Source: Ginglymostoma cirratum
Taxonomy: Eukaryota
DNA length: 64,000 nt
Direction: 5' to 3'
Assembly (NCBI GenBank): GCA_024137785.1
Contig: JAHRHZ010000028.1
Span: 27,569,847 to 27,633,846 of the forward strand
This document shows positions 49,241 to 59,740 of the stretch, piece after piece; position 1 is the first letter of the stretch; every line of letters begins with the position of its first letter. The translations under genes and the position numbers were made by a program. The notes below the pieces were generated by a model that saw nothing but the letters and a program-made list of their open reading frames with translations, was not told the origin of the DNA and searched no databases.

Positions 49241-49676
49241 GAACGCAGTTAGGTATCGAGTGATGGTGCATAATTTTGAAGGAGGCATGATATTGGATCG
49301 AATGGATCCTGTGCCTAATTTTACAATTTGAAATATTATTTCATAAATTCTTTCCAAGAATGCAGCCCCCACTGACACCCATGTTGCTCCTCTGTAATTA
49401 TCCCTGAGCTGAGTACATTGAGAATTTCTAAAGCAATTGTGCATCAACCAGATTGCTGTAGGTCTGGAATCACACATCGGCTGGCAGATTTCCTTCCCTA
49501 AAGGGTCTGATAGATGTTCAGATTTGTAAAGTTCGAATGTCTCCATCCACCATTGAGTGATTTGAGCCTAAGCCTTTGGATGACACATTGATGAACAACA
49601 CGGTTGTACTATTCCCCTCCCTTCCCTGAAGCACTTTGGGTGGTTTTAGGTGCTACTTCAAAGAAAAGCTTGCAGT

Positions 49677-49933
49677 TGAAGGTAGACAAAGAGGAGGCTG
49701 GAAGAACACAGCAGGACAGACAGCACCTGGGTGAAAGGGGCAGTCAACATTTTGGGATTAACCCGCCTTCCAAATTGTTTATATAAGTGAAAAACACAGT
49801 TGAATCCTCCTGAAGGGTAATATCTGAAACATTTATTGCTCCTTTCCTCCAGATGCTACCTGGCCTGCTGTGTTCTTCCAGCCTCCTCTTTGTCTACCTT
49901 GGATTCCAGCACCTGGAGCTTTTTTGTCTCGAA
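49677..49933. mobile_element. Fold-back PLE-derived mini-element, 13-bp TSD
   Basis: Inverted arms ggtagacaaagaggaggctggaagaacacagcagg / cctgctgtgttcttccagcctcctctttgtctacc. TSD aaaagcttgcagt at 49664-49676 and 49934-49946. Confidence 0.8.
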
Positions 49934-50993
49934 AAAAGCTTGCAGTGTGTTTTACTGTGTTTTCACTGACAAGGAACTCTCCTTTCAGACAGGACAAAAA
50001 CATGCGGGTGCAATGGAGTCCCACAGAAAGAAGCAAACCAGGCAAAACCAGGCTGGCGATGCTGGAGAAGCAGACTGATGTCAACCACAGTAACAGCTTT
50101 CTAAAGAAAGTGTCAGTGACTTTGCATGAACTCATCTCAACAATCCTCCCCGACACCTCATTTTTACTCCAGAAGTCCAGTCCCTGTACACCTGTATTCC
50201 CCATGCAGATGGACCAAAGGCCCTCCGCATCTTCCTGTCCTGCAGAACTGACCAATCCCCCTCCACTGACACCCTCATCCGCTTAGCCGAACTCGTCCTC
50301 ACCCTCTGCAACTTCTCTTTCAATTCCTCCCACTTCCTACAGACAAAGGGAATGGCCATGGGTACCCGCATGGGCCCAAGCTATGCCTGCCTCTTTGTAG
50401 GTTACGTGGAACAATCCCTCTTCCGTACCTACACTGCCCCTAAACCCCACCTCTTCCTCCGTTACATTGATGACTGTATCGGCGCCGCCTCGTGCTCCCA
50501 CGAGGAGCTCGAACAGTTGATCCACTTCACCAACAGCTTCCACCCCAACCTGAAGTTCAGCTGGACCTTCTCCAACACTTCTCTCTCCTTCCTGGACCTC
50601 TCTGTCTCCATCTCGGGTAACCACCTAGAAACCGATGTCCATTTCAAGCCCACTGACTCCCACAGCTACCTGGAATACACCTCCTCCCACCCACCTTCCT
50701 GCAAAAATGCCATCCCCTATTCCCAATTCCTTTGCCTCCGCCGCATCTGCTCCCAGGATGAGGCATTCCACTCCCGCACATCTCAGATGTCCTCATTCTT
50801 CAAGGACCGCAACTTCCCCCCTGCAGTGGTCGAGAACGCCCTTGACCGTGTCTCCCGCACTTCCCCGCAACTCATCCCTCACACCCCGTCCCCGGAATAA
50901 TAACCAAAAAAGAATCCCCCTCGTCCTCACGTTCCACCCCACCAACCTCCGGATCCAACGCATCATCCTCCGACACTTCCGCCATCTGCAATC

Positions 50994-51393
50994 NNNNNNN
51001 NNNNNNNNNNNNNNNNNNNNNNNNNNNNNNNNNNNNNNNNNNNNNNNNNNNNNNNNNNNNNNNNNNNNNNNNNNNNNNNNNNNNNNNNNNNNNNNNNNNN
51101 NNNNNNNNNNNNNNNNNNNNNNNNNNNNNNNNNNNNNNNNNNNNNNNNNNNNNNNNNNNNNNNNNNNNNNNNNNNNNNNNNNNNNNNNNNNNNNNNNNNN
51201 NNNNNNNNNNNNNNNNNNNNNNNNNNNNNNNNNNNNNNNNNNNNNNNNNNNNNNNNNNNNNNNNNNNNNNNNNNNNNNNNNNNNNNNNNNNNNNNNNNNN
51301 NNNNNNNNNNNNNNNNNNNNNNNNNNNNNNNNNNNNNNNNNNNNNNNNNNNNNNNNNNNNNNNNNNNNNNNNNNNNNNNNNNNNNNNNNNNNN
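50994..51393. other. Assembly gap (400 N)
   Basis: Run of N. Confidence 1.
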
Positions 51394-51719
51394 ACATCTC
51401 AAATGTCCTCATTCTTCAAGGACCGCAACTTCCCCCCAACAGTGGTCGAGAACGCCCTCGACCGTGTCTCCCGCATTTCCCGGAACACATCCCTCACGCC
51501 CCGTCCCCGCAACAATAACCAAAAAAGAATCCCCCTCGTCCTCACATACCACCCCACCAACCTCCGGATCCAACGCATCATCCTCCGACACTTCCGCCAT
51601 CTGCAATCAGACCCCACCACCAAAGACATTTTTCCCTCCCCACCCTTGTCTGCCTTCCGGAGGGACCACTCCCTCCGCGACTCCCTTGTCCGCTCCACAC
51701 TCCCCTCCAGCCCCACCAC

Positions 51720-51819
51720 NNNNNNNNNNNNNNNNNNNNNNNNNNNNNNNNNNNNNNNNNNNNNNNNNNNNNNNNNNNNNNNNNNNNNNNNNNNNNNNNN
51801 NNNNNNNNNNNNNNNNNNN
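51720..51819. other. Assembly gap (100 N)
   Basis: Run of N. Confidence 1.
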
Positions 51820-52774
51820 ACAATAATAACCAAAAAAGAATCCCCCTCGTCCTCACGTACCACCCCACCAACCTCCGGATCCAACGCATCATCCTCCGAC
51901 ACTTCCGCCATCTGCAATCTGACCCCACCACCAAAGACATTTTTCCCTCCCCACCCTTATCTGCTTTCCGGAGGGACCACTCTCTCCGTGACTCCCTTGT
52001 CCGCTCCACACTCCCCTCCAGCCCCACCACACCCGGCACTTTTCCCTGCAACCGCAGGAAGTGCTACACCTGCCCCCACACCTCCTCCCTCACCCCAATC
52101 CCAGGCCCCAAGAAGACTTTCCACATCAGGCAGATGTTCACCTGCACATCTGCCAATGTGGTATACTGCATCCGCTGTACCCGTTGTGGCTTCCTCTACA
52201 TCGGGGAAACCAAGCGGAGGCTTGGGGACCGCTTTGCAGAACACCTGCGCTCAGTTCGCAACAAACAACTACACCTCCCAGTCGCGAACCATTTCAACTC
52301 CCCCTCCCATTCCTCAGATGACATGTCCATCCTGGGCCTCCTGCAATGCCACAGTGATGCCACCCGAAGGCTGCAGGAACAGCAAATCATATTCAGCCTG
52401 GGAACCCTGCAGCCCAATGATATCAATGTGGATTTCACAAGCTTCAAAATCTCCCCTCCCCCAACCGCATCCCAAAACCAGCCCAGCTCGTCTCCGCCTC
52501 CCTAACCTGTTCTTCCTCTCACCTATCCCCTCCTCCCACCTCAAGCCCCACCCCCATCTCCTATCTACTAACCTCATCCCGCCCCCTTGACCTGTCCGTC
52601 CTCCCTGGACTGACCTATCTCCTCCCTACCCGCCCACCTACACTCACCTTTACTGGCTCCATCCCCGCCTCTTTGACTTGTCTGCCTCCTCTCCACCTAT
52701 CCTCTCCTCTATCCATCCTCTATCTGTCTCCCCCTCTCTCCCTATTTATTTCAGAACCCTCTTCCACTCCCCCA

Positions 52775-52808
52775 TTTCTGATGAAGGGTCTAGACCCGAA
52801 ACATCAAG
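52775..52808 (+). ncRNA. Hammerhead ribozyme motif in the pLTR of the RT/GIY-YIG-coding PLE
   Basis: TTT-CTGATGA-a-GGGT-ctag-ACCC-GAAAC-ATC-AAG. Confidence 0.7.
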
Positions 52809-52979
52809 CTTTCCTGCTCCTATGATGCTGCTTGGCCTGCTGTGTTCATCCAGCCCCACACCTTGTTATCAACAATCCGACTGATGTCTGTGTCAGGAAA
52901 CATTTCTGGCCTTTCTCAGCTCTTATTACCAAAGTACATTTTATTCATATTAAAGATTCTGGTCTTAAAGAAAACTTAC

Positions 52980-53019
52980 TTGATACAGAGATCAGAATGA
53001 AAAACACAATTGCTTCCAT
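52980..53019 (-). CDS. Gene A exon 1: signal peptide
   Basis: gaagcaATGG (strong Kozak) MEAIVFFILISVS+A |gtaagt. 40-nt phase-1 exon with the same length and 3' end (TATCAA|gtaag) as the gene B leader. Confidence 0.88.
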
Positions 53020-53086
53020 TGCTTCGGATGTTCCTGTTGGTGTAAATTTTCATTGTTCCGATATTGTCTGTCAGGAGGGGTGTGTT

Positions 53087-53124
53087 TGAATCAGTTGACA
53101 CCCATTTATAACTGTCACTTCCTG
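53087..53124 (-). promoter_or_regulatory. Putative gene A core promoter: Ets site, TATA box, AP-1-like site
   Basis: Minus strand: CAGGAAGT (53117-53124), TATAAA (53105-53110), TGATTCA (53087-53093), 68-105 nt upstream of the ATG. Confidence 0.55.
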
Positions 53125-53224
53125 CTTCAAATTGACGTTCACCAGTTCCTCTTTGACCATCTGGAAGGATTCTTTGGTCCACTACAGTGTTCCTCTTAAG
53201 ACAGCAAATCACATATCGAATTAA

Positions 53225-53405
53225 TGATAACACAGTGTGGAGCAGGGTGAACACAGCAAGCCAGGCTGCATCAGAGGAGCAGGAAAGTTGACATTTCGGG
53301 TCGGGACTGTCCATCAAAAATCTGATGCTGCCTGGCCTGCTGTGTTCATCCAGCTCCACATTGTGTTATCTCTGACCCCAGCATCGGCTGTTCTTACACT
53401 CTCCA
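53225..53405. mobile_element. Fold-back PLE-derived mini-element
   Basis: gataacacagtgtggagc...gaacacagca / tgctgtgttcatccagctccacattgtgttatc inverted arms. Confidence 0.75.
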
Positions 53406-53629
53406 TCTGCAGGAAGTGTGTTCAATTGCAGCTCCTGTCATATCACATTTGTTGGTTGAAGTGGCAGTTAGATTCAGTGAGGAGAATTAAGTCGGCGGAA
53501 AGCATTGTGTGTTTTGAAAAGCATTCGGGTAGACAATTTTGCAGGATCTGATGGGATCTGTTCCAGAATACTGAGGGAGATAAGTGAGGAAATTGCTGGA
53601 GCGTTGTACAAAATTTTGGATCCTCTTTC

Positions 53630-54970
53630 ATCACAAGAGAGGTCTAAGAGAGAGTAGACAATGTTGTTCTTTTGTTTAAGAAGAGAAACAGGGATAATAC
53701 AGGAAAGTACAGGCTGGTGAGCCTTACATCACTGGCAAGGAATTATTGGGGCAGATTCTTTGGGCCAAGAGTTATAAACATTGGGGAAAATATGATTTTC
53801 CAATGATTGGAAACATGGCTTTATGTGGAGGTTGTTTGTGTCTGACAAACATAAGCTGTTTGAGCAAGTGACAAAGAGGTTTGATGAGGGTAGGACGGTG
53901 GATGTTGTCTACAGGGTCTGATGACGGGTCTAGGCCCGAAACGTCAAGCTTTCCTGCTCCTATGATGCTGCTTGACCTGCTGTGTTCATCCAGCCCCATG
54001 CTTGTTATCACAGAATTGGTTCAGTCATGGAAGACAGAGAGTACCGATGGAAGAGTGTTTTTCTGACTGGAGATCTGTGACCAGTGGTGTACTGCAGGGT
54101 TCGATTTTGCTTGTAGATTGTGTATAAGTGATTGGTGGAGAATGCAGAGGGTCTGATGACGATGTTTGCAGATGACACAAAGATTACAAAGTGGCAGATA
54201 GTGAGGAAGATTGTCAGAGGATGTACGTAGGCTGGAGACTTGGTTGGAGAAATAGCTTTTGGATGTCAATCTGGAAAAACATGCTGTGATGCATTTTGGA
54301 AGGTTTAATGCAATGGGAAAGAATACAGTAAATGGCAGAACGCTTAGAAGCATTAACATACAGAGGTATCTCGGCATATAGGTCCAGAGTTCCTTAAAAA
54401 TGACAATGCCAATGGATCAGGTGGTCAAGAATGCATATGACATGCTTGTCTTTATTGGTTGGAGCATAAAGTCTAAAAATTGGGAAGTCATGTTGCAGCT
54501 GTATAAAACTTTAGTGAAAGCACATTTGGAATATTGTGTACAGTTCTGCACACTATGCGGTTAGAATGACGTGGAGTCTTTGGAGAAGGTACAGAAAAAA
54601 GGTTACCACGATGTTGCCTAGTTTTATGGGTATTAGCTATGAGGAGAGATTGAACAAACATGGTTTGTTTTCACTTGAACATTGGAGGCTGAATGGCAAA
54701 TTGATAGAAGTTTACAAAATCCCAGGGTCGAAATGTCAAGTACAACGGGACTTAGGTTTAAGGTAAAAGGGGGAAAGTTTAAAGGAGATATGAGAGGCAA
54801 ATATTTTACACAAATGCATGGAATGCACTGCCAGAGGAGCAGTAGAAACTGACAGACAGCAATGGTTAAGAGGAAACTTGACAGATGCACAAAGAGGCAA
54901 AAGGTTTGGAGTTTAGAAAAGCATCGTATGTCGGTGCAGTAGGGCCTGTTCCTATTCTGTACTGTTCTTT
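53630..54970 (+). mobile_element. Degraded CR1 LINE RT fragment with PLE mini-insert at 53918-54010
   Basis: PGKYRLVSLTS-type and FADDTK-type motifs; LYKTLVKAHLEYCVQF; CR1 tail. Confidence 0.85.
53918..53948 (+). ncRNA. Minimal hammerhead motif with intact core and GUC triplet (5' stem I strand replaced by host sequence)
   Basis: CTGATGA-c-GGGT-ctag-GCCC-GAAAC-GTC-AAG. Confidence 0.7.
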
Positions 54971-55236
54971 GATTTTTGTTTCTTCTTTTTGTTCTTTGAA
55001 CCAGGGAAATATTTTTTCAAAAACAGGAATATAACCGTCCAATCAAAATTCACCCAAATCATTGTACATCACTGCCCTAGCTCCCAGGCTGTAATTCCTT
55101 ATGATCTGTGATGATGATTCTTTTCCAGTTTCTGATTATGAGGACGATTTATGTCAGCCAAGATTGAACGATCCACACGCCTGGGGTTGGCAATGTGTCC
55201 TTCTTCCTGAAGTCTTTGCAGAATTGTTTATAACTA

Positions 55237-55559
55237 TTAAACAGGAGCTGAAAGCCTTTTAATTGACCTGAAAGCAAGGTTATTTTCAAATAAACAGATA
55301 TGGTAGTGGGGACTGAGGGGATAAACTAGAAGAACAGTTCCATAGTTTTTATCCTGGGTTTTGTCATCGAGATGATGTTTATGACGCTTCTGCTGGCCAG
55401 CATATTGCTTCAATTCTCCTGTTGCCTCCACGGATTGATAAGAGACACAAGGTGGTCTGTTCATTCTTGAAATATCTCTATCAGATAAAAGTGACAGCTT
55501 GCGCCAATGGCTGCCAAAAAAAATGAGCTGATTTTCTTCTGGTTTACAGTAAAATTTGA
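55237..55559 (-). CDS. Candidate second exon of an orphan secreted-protein gene (unverified)
   Basis: Good acceptor tctccctgttctctgcag. The phase-1 frame is open for 106 codons to TAA and is compatible with the 57841-57898 leader. No recognisable domain. Confidence 0.2.
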
Positions 55560-55728
55560 CTGCAGAGAACAGGGAGACCCATCTCAAGCTGGGGAAGAAT
55601 TGACCACTTCTGTTTCTCTCTGTAACTTGTTCACAGCCTCAAGCTATTGAGTTACCTGAAATCCAATCTGACAACTGTTGGCAGGTCAAAACAATCTGTG
55701 TTACTGGCAACTGGTCACTAGTCCATAA

Positions 55729-56918
55729 TGTTATGGGCCAGCTCAGACCTCCTGAAAATATTTTTGGTACACTTATCTTTACTGGTCAGCACATTGAATA
55801 TAGGAGTTGGAAGGACATGATTCAGCCATTTTTGGAATATTGCATGCATTTCTGGTCCCCCAGCTCCCAGAAGAATGTTGTGAAACTAGAAAGGGTTCCG
55901 AAAAGGTTTACAAGGCTGTTGCCAGGGTTGGAGGGTTTGAGTTATAGGGAGAGGCTGAATAGGCTGGGGCTATATTCCTTGGAGCATCAGAGGCTGAGGG
56001 GTGACCTTATAGACGTTTATAAATTCATAAGGGGTGTGGTTAAGGTAAATAGACAAGGGCTTTTCCCCAGGGTGGGGGAGTCCAAAACAATAGAGCATAG
56101 GTTTATGCTCAGAGAGGAAATATATAAAATGGATCTAAGGGTCAAGTTTTTCATGCAGAGGGTGGTTTGTGTATGGAATGAGCTGCCAGAGGAATTGGGG
56201 TGGCTGGCACAATTACAACATTTAAAAGGCATCTGGATGGGTACATAAATAGGAAGGGTTAAGAGGGATATGGGCCAAATGCTAGCAAGTGGGACTAGAT
56301 TTATGTAACATATCTGGTCGGCGTGGGCGAGCTGGACCGAAGGGTCAGTTTCCGTGTTGTATATCTCCGTGACTCTGTGACTCTAAGAAGATAGTCCAGA
56401 CACTAACTTTTTTTATTTTCAAAGGTAGATGTGAAGTAGCTGCTCCAGGTGTGATGCAACTGGTCAAAATACTCAGCTTTAAGCAAAACAGAATTTATGT
56501 AAACACGACAGTTGAAATATGAGCAAAATAAAACAGAATTTAGAATAGCGTAACTATTGCAAAACTTAACCAAATACTTAAATAATTAACTTTTCCAATA
56601 TAGTAACATCCCATTAACACACCCCTTGACAAAGTAGTAAATTCAAACACAGATTCTTACAGGCAGGAAGGAACAACATCCAGAGAGATTTCAGAGAAAG
56701 TCAGTTAGGAATCCTTTACTGAAGCTTGCAACCCTGTGGTACTTAAACATCTTGTGATTGCTATAGCCAAAAAAAAACTAGGAAGCTTGAACTGGGAGAA
56801 CTGGCTATTCCCTTCCATTTTACAACTTCCTAACTGCTTTGACACCTCTGCCTTTACAACTTCTCTTCAAAAACACCCAGGACAAAATAACCTTTTCAAA
56901 GTGACAGCATCGTCACAG
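55729..56918. mobile_element. LTR-like remnant (TGTTA...TCACA) interrupted by a plus-strand CR1 3' fragment (about 55765-56385)
   Basis: CR1 ORF 55733-56248 (LEYCMHFWSP...RFTRLLPGLEGLSYRERLNRLGL...QRVVCVWNELP) is clear. The LTR call rests on the termini only. Confidence 0.6.
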
Positions 56919-57176
56919 TAGACCAATCAACTTCTTGTTGCCAACAAAAGCTGAATCAGTACACAACCTGAGCTCTCAATCATCTGCAACCTGAACATCA
57001 ATCACTGCCTGTTCAAACAATTCTTTTCATGATGCTTGGTATGTTTCTATAATCACAGAATCCAACTGAATCCAGTCAAAGCATCTGGAGTTCCACTGTA
57101 CTCTTAGTACCTAATGCTGATTGTTCAACAGATTTATATCATATAGAAAGGTCAATGCAGTATTGAAGGCACAGTT

Positions 57177-57495
57177 GGGGTGGCATGGTGGCTCAGTGTC
57201 TAGCACTGCTACCTCACAGTGCCAGGGACCTGGGTTCAATTCCACCCTCAGGTGACTGTCTGTATGGAGCTGGCAAGTTCTCCCTGTGTCTGTGTGGGTT
57301 TCCTTCAGGTGCTCTGGTTTCGTCCCACAGTCCAAATATGTGTAGGCTAGGTGGATTGGCCATACTAAATTGCCCATGGTGTTCATGGATGTGTAGCTTA
57401 GGTGGGTTATAGGAGATGGGTCTGGTTGGGATGCTCCAAGGGTCGGTGTGGGGCTGTTGGGCCGAAGGGCCTGTTTCCACACTGTAGGGATTCTA
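57177..57495 (+). mobile_element. Full-length HE1/V-SINE-type tRNA-derived SINE
   Basis: A box tggctcagtg, B box ggttcaattcc, V-domain, and CR1/HER1-like tail gggcctgtttccacactgtagggattct. Confidence 0.9.
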
Positions 57496-57840
57496 AAAAA
57501 ACAGTTCCACTCAATTCCTCACTTGGCAGATAGTATTGATAGGGTTGACAAAAACAGATTTGTTAAAGTGATACCAGTAAATATGTTTAACAGCCAGCAT
57601 TAAACAATATTAGCTTTTATCACACTAGATGGTCTTTTCCAATGCTGATTGACGTTGTTCTGTCTAAAAAATTCTTCAGCAACTTTCTAGAGAATGATGA
57701 ACCAGGCGGTATCCAGGTAGTGTACCATGATACTTGGGAGGACTACTTGTAACAACTGGAAATGTTGTTTAGGAGACTACATTCAGTTGATTTGGTGGTT
57801 ACTGCCATAATGTGAATATGCAAAAGTTTGAGTAACGTAC

Positions 57841-57898
57841 CTCGGGTATGCAGCAGGACAAGGCAAAGCACTGCGAAAAACAGCAAAGATACAAGCAT
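57841..57898 (-). CDS. Orphan signal-peptide-like exon (alternative leader of gene A or first coding exon of a separate gene)
   Basis: MLVSLLFFAVLCLVLLHTR+G |gtacgt, phase 1. In-frame TGA immediately before the ATG; acceptor ttggttttcag at 57916-57917. Confidence 0.4.
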
Positions 57899-58950
57899 TC
57901 ATGAAGTTCTCCATGCTGAAAACCAAATGGGCTAGTTTTAAGCCCTATGATCATACAGGGAGTAGGCTGTTTAAAAGGTGTTGGTAATCATCTGTTATGC
58001 ACTGAGACCCTCTGTGATATGCAGTGCTATAAACAGTAGTTTATTACCTGGCCATGACTTCTGTTCCATTGTCGAAGGTTTCCCAGCCTGTTAAGTTCAC
58101 CGAAGATGCTTTGTGCACATACCTCGGTGAGGGCCGCAGCCTCCACACAATCTAGGAAATAGGTCAGCCGGTGCTTAAAAGCTGAATCATTGATTGGAAC
58201 AAAATTTAATTGTCAAGATGAAAATTTAAATGACTCATGAGACAGCTGCGTGACAGTTTCCAGTTCACAGGCAATCAGTCCAGGTGACAGTTGGTGGTAG
58301 GCAGAACGTGGCTGTGATTTGGAATTTCCATGATGGAACTTTCCACATGCACCCAAACCCGCCTCCACATATCTATGGGAATTAAACCAATTACTATATT
58401 ATATTTCAAAAGCATAATGAAACATATTTTTATAGTAGTTATTGCTGGTTAATGCAAACTAGGATTGAGTTATTTTCTTGAATGGTGTAATTTGTGACAA
58501 TTGCAAAGAATACAACTTGCTCCTGAATATACAAGTAAAAGCTAATGACCTTTTGTTACAGAAATAATTCATGCAATTTTTGGAAACATCACAAATATTT
58601 TCAAATTGTATTAAGGAATGAAATGTCACCTTATTGTTATGAAGATGCTTTATATATAAGTTTATTCAGATGTTCGAAATTTTCGAATGTTGTGAAAATG
58701 AAACTTATTTTAAGTTTTGTGGTCTCACCTGAAAGTGGTTTCTGGAAAATAGGACATGGATAGCACACTTGACATTAGAGATTTCTTTCAATAAGGCTCC
58801 CAAGTAATAACAAGACTGGTGACAATGGTGTGTGTTGCTGTATACCCTGCTGGGCTGTTTTGATCAGTGACTGACTTGGAGAGGTGCTTATTTTATCTGG
58901 CTTAATTGGAGGGAAGCCTGCAAAAAACAAATTGACATGATGGGAAGCTT

Positions 58951-59043
58951 AGATAACAAGGTATAGAGCTGGATGAACACAGCAGGCCAAGCAGCATCAG
59001 AGGACCAGGAAGGCTGATGTTTCGGGCCTAGACCCTTCTTCAG
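58951..59043 (-). mobile_element. ~92-bp hammerhead-bearing PLE mini-element, 8-bp TSD
   Basis: TSD ggaagctt at 58943-58950 and 59043-59050. Minus strand CTGAAGA-a-GGGT-ctag-GCCC-GAAAC-ATC. Confidence 0.82.
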
Positions 59044-59124
59044 GAAGCTTGATGAGAACAAGCTAGTTTGGAGGAAAGCTTACAAAGATAAAGCTGCTCA
59101 GCTGATCTCCCCACCTTCATTGCT

Positions 59125-59740
59125 CAGACCTTTGAGTATAGAATTTGGGACATAATGTTGCGGTTGGACAGGACATTGGTGAGGCCTCGTCTGGAGAATA
59201 TTGCGTGCAGTTCTGGTCAGCCTGTTATGGGAAGGATATTATTAACCTGGAGGTGGTTCAGAAGAGATTTAACATGATGTTGCTGGGAATGGAGGGTTTG
59301 AGTTATAAAAATAGGCTGGATAGGCTGGGACTTTTTTCACTGGAGCGTAGGAGGTTGAGGGGTGACCTGAAAAAGATTTATGAAATCATGAGGGGCATCG
59401 ATAAGGTGAATAGCAAGCATCTATTGGTGGTGAGGTGGTGAGGTCAAGACTCTGTGGTGTATTTTTCAGGTGAGAGGAGGAAGAGTTAAAAAGGACATGA
59501 GGGGCAAATGTTTTACACAGAGAGTGGTTAGAGTGTGGAATTAACTGCCAGAGGAAGTGCTGGATGCTGCTGTAGTTACAACATTTAAAAGAAGCTTGGA
59601 AAAATAAATGAATAGGAAAGGTTTGGAGGGATATGGACCAAATGCAGGCATGTGGGTCGAGCTTAGTTTTGGAACATGGTTGACACGGACTTGTTGGACT
59701 GAAGAGTCTTGTTCCATGCGGTAAGACTCGATGACTCTAA
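59125..59740 (+). mobile_element. CR1 LINE 3' fragment
   Basis: EYCVQFWS...RLDRLGLFSLERRRLRGDL; CR1 tail. Confidence 0.88.

Larger units (their letters stand above)
50147..52870 (+). mobile_element. Young 5'-truncated Neptune-type Penelope-like retroelement (RT, Cys linker, GIY-YIG, pLTR with hammerhead)
   Basis: RT motifs QTKGMAMGTRMGPSYACLFVG, FLRYIDD, LSFLDL. Linker FPCNRRKCYTC. GIY-YIG NVVYCIRCTRCGFLYIGETKRRLGDRFAEH...VANHF...EQQIIFSLGTLQPNDIN. Possible TSD tcaacaatcc at 50137-50146 and 52869-52878. Confidence 0.93.

Noticed and set aside
50775-52030. Apparent tandem triplication inside the PLE and the 651-aa ORF 50635-52590
   Set aside because: The duplicated segments flank round-number N gaps (400 and 100), so they are most likely overlapping contig ends. 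The ORF runs through Ns.
57177-57250. tRNA-like sequence
   Set aside because: It is the tRNA-derived head of an HE1/V-SINE, not a tRNA gene.
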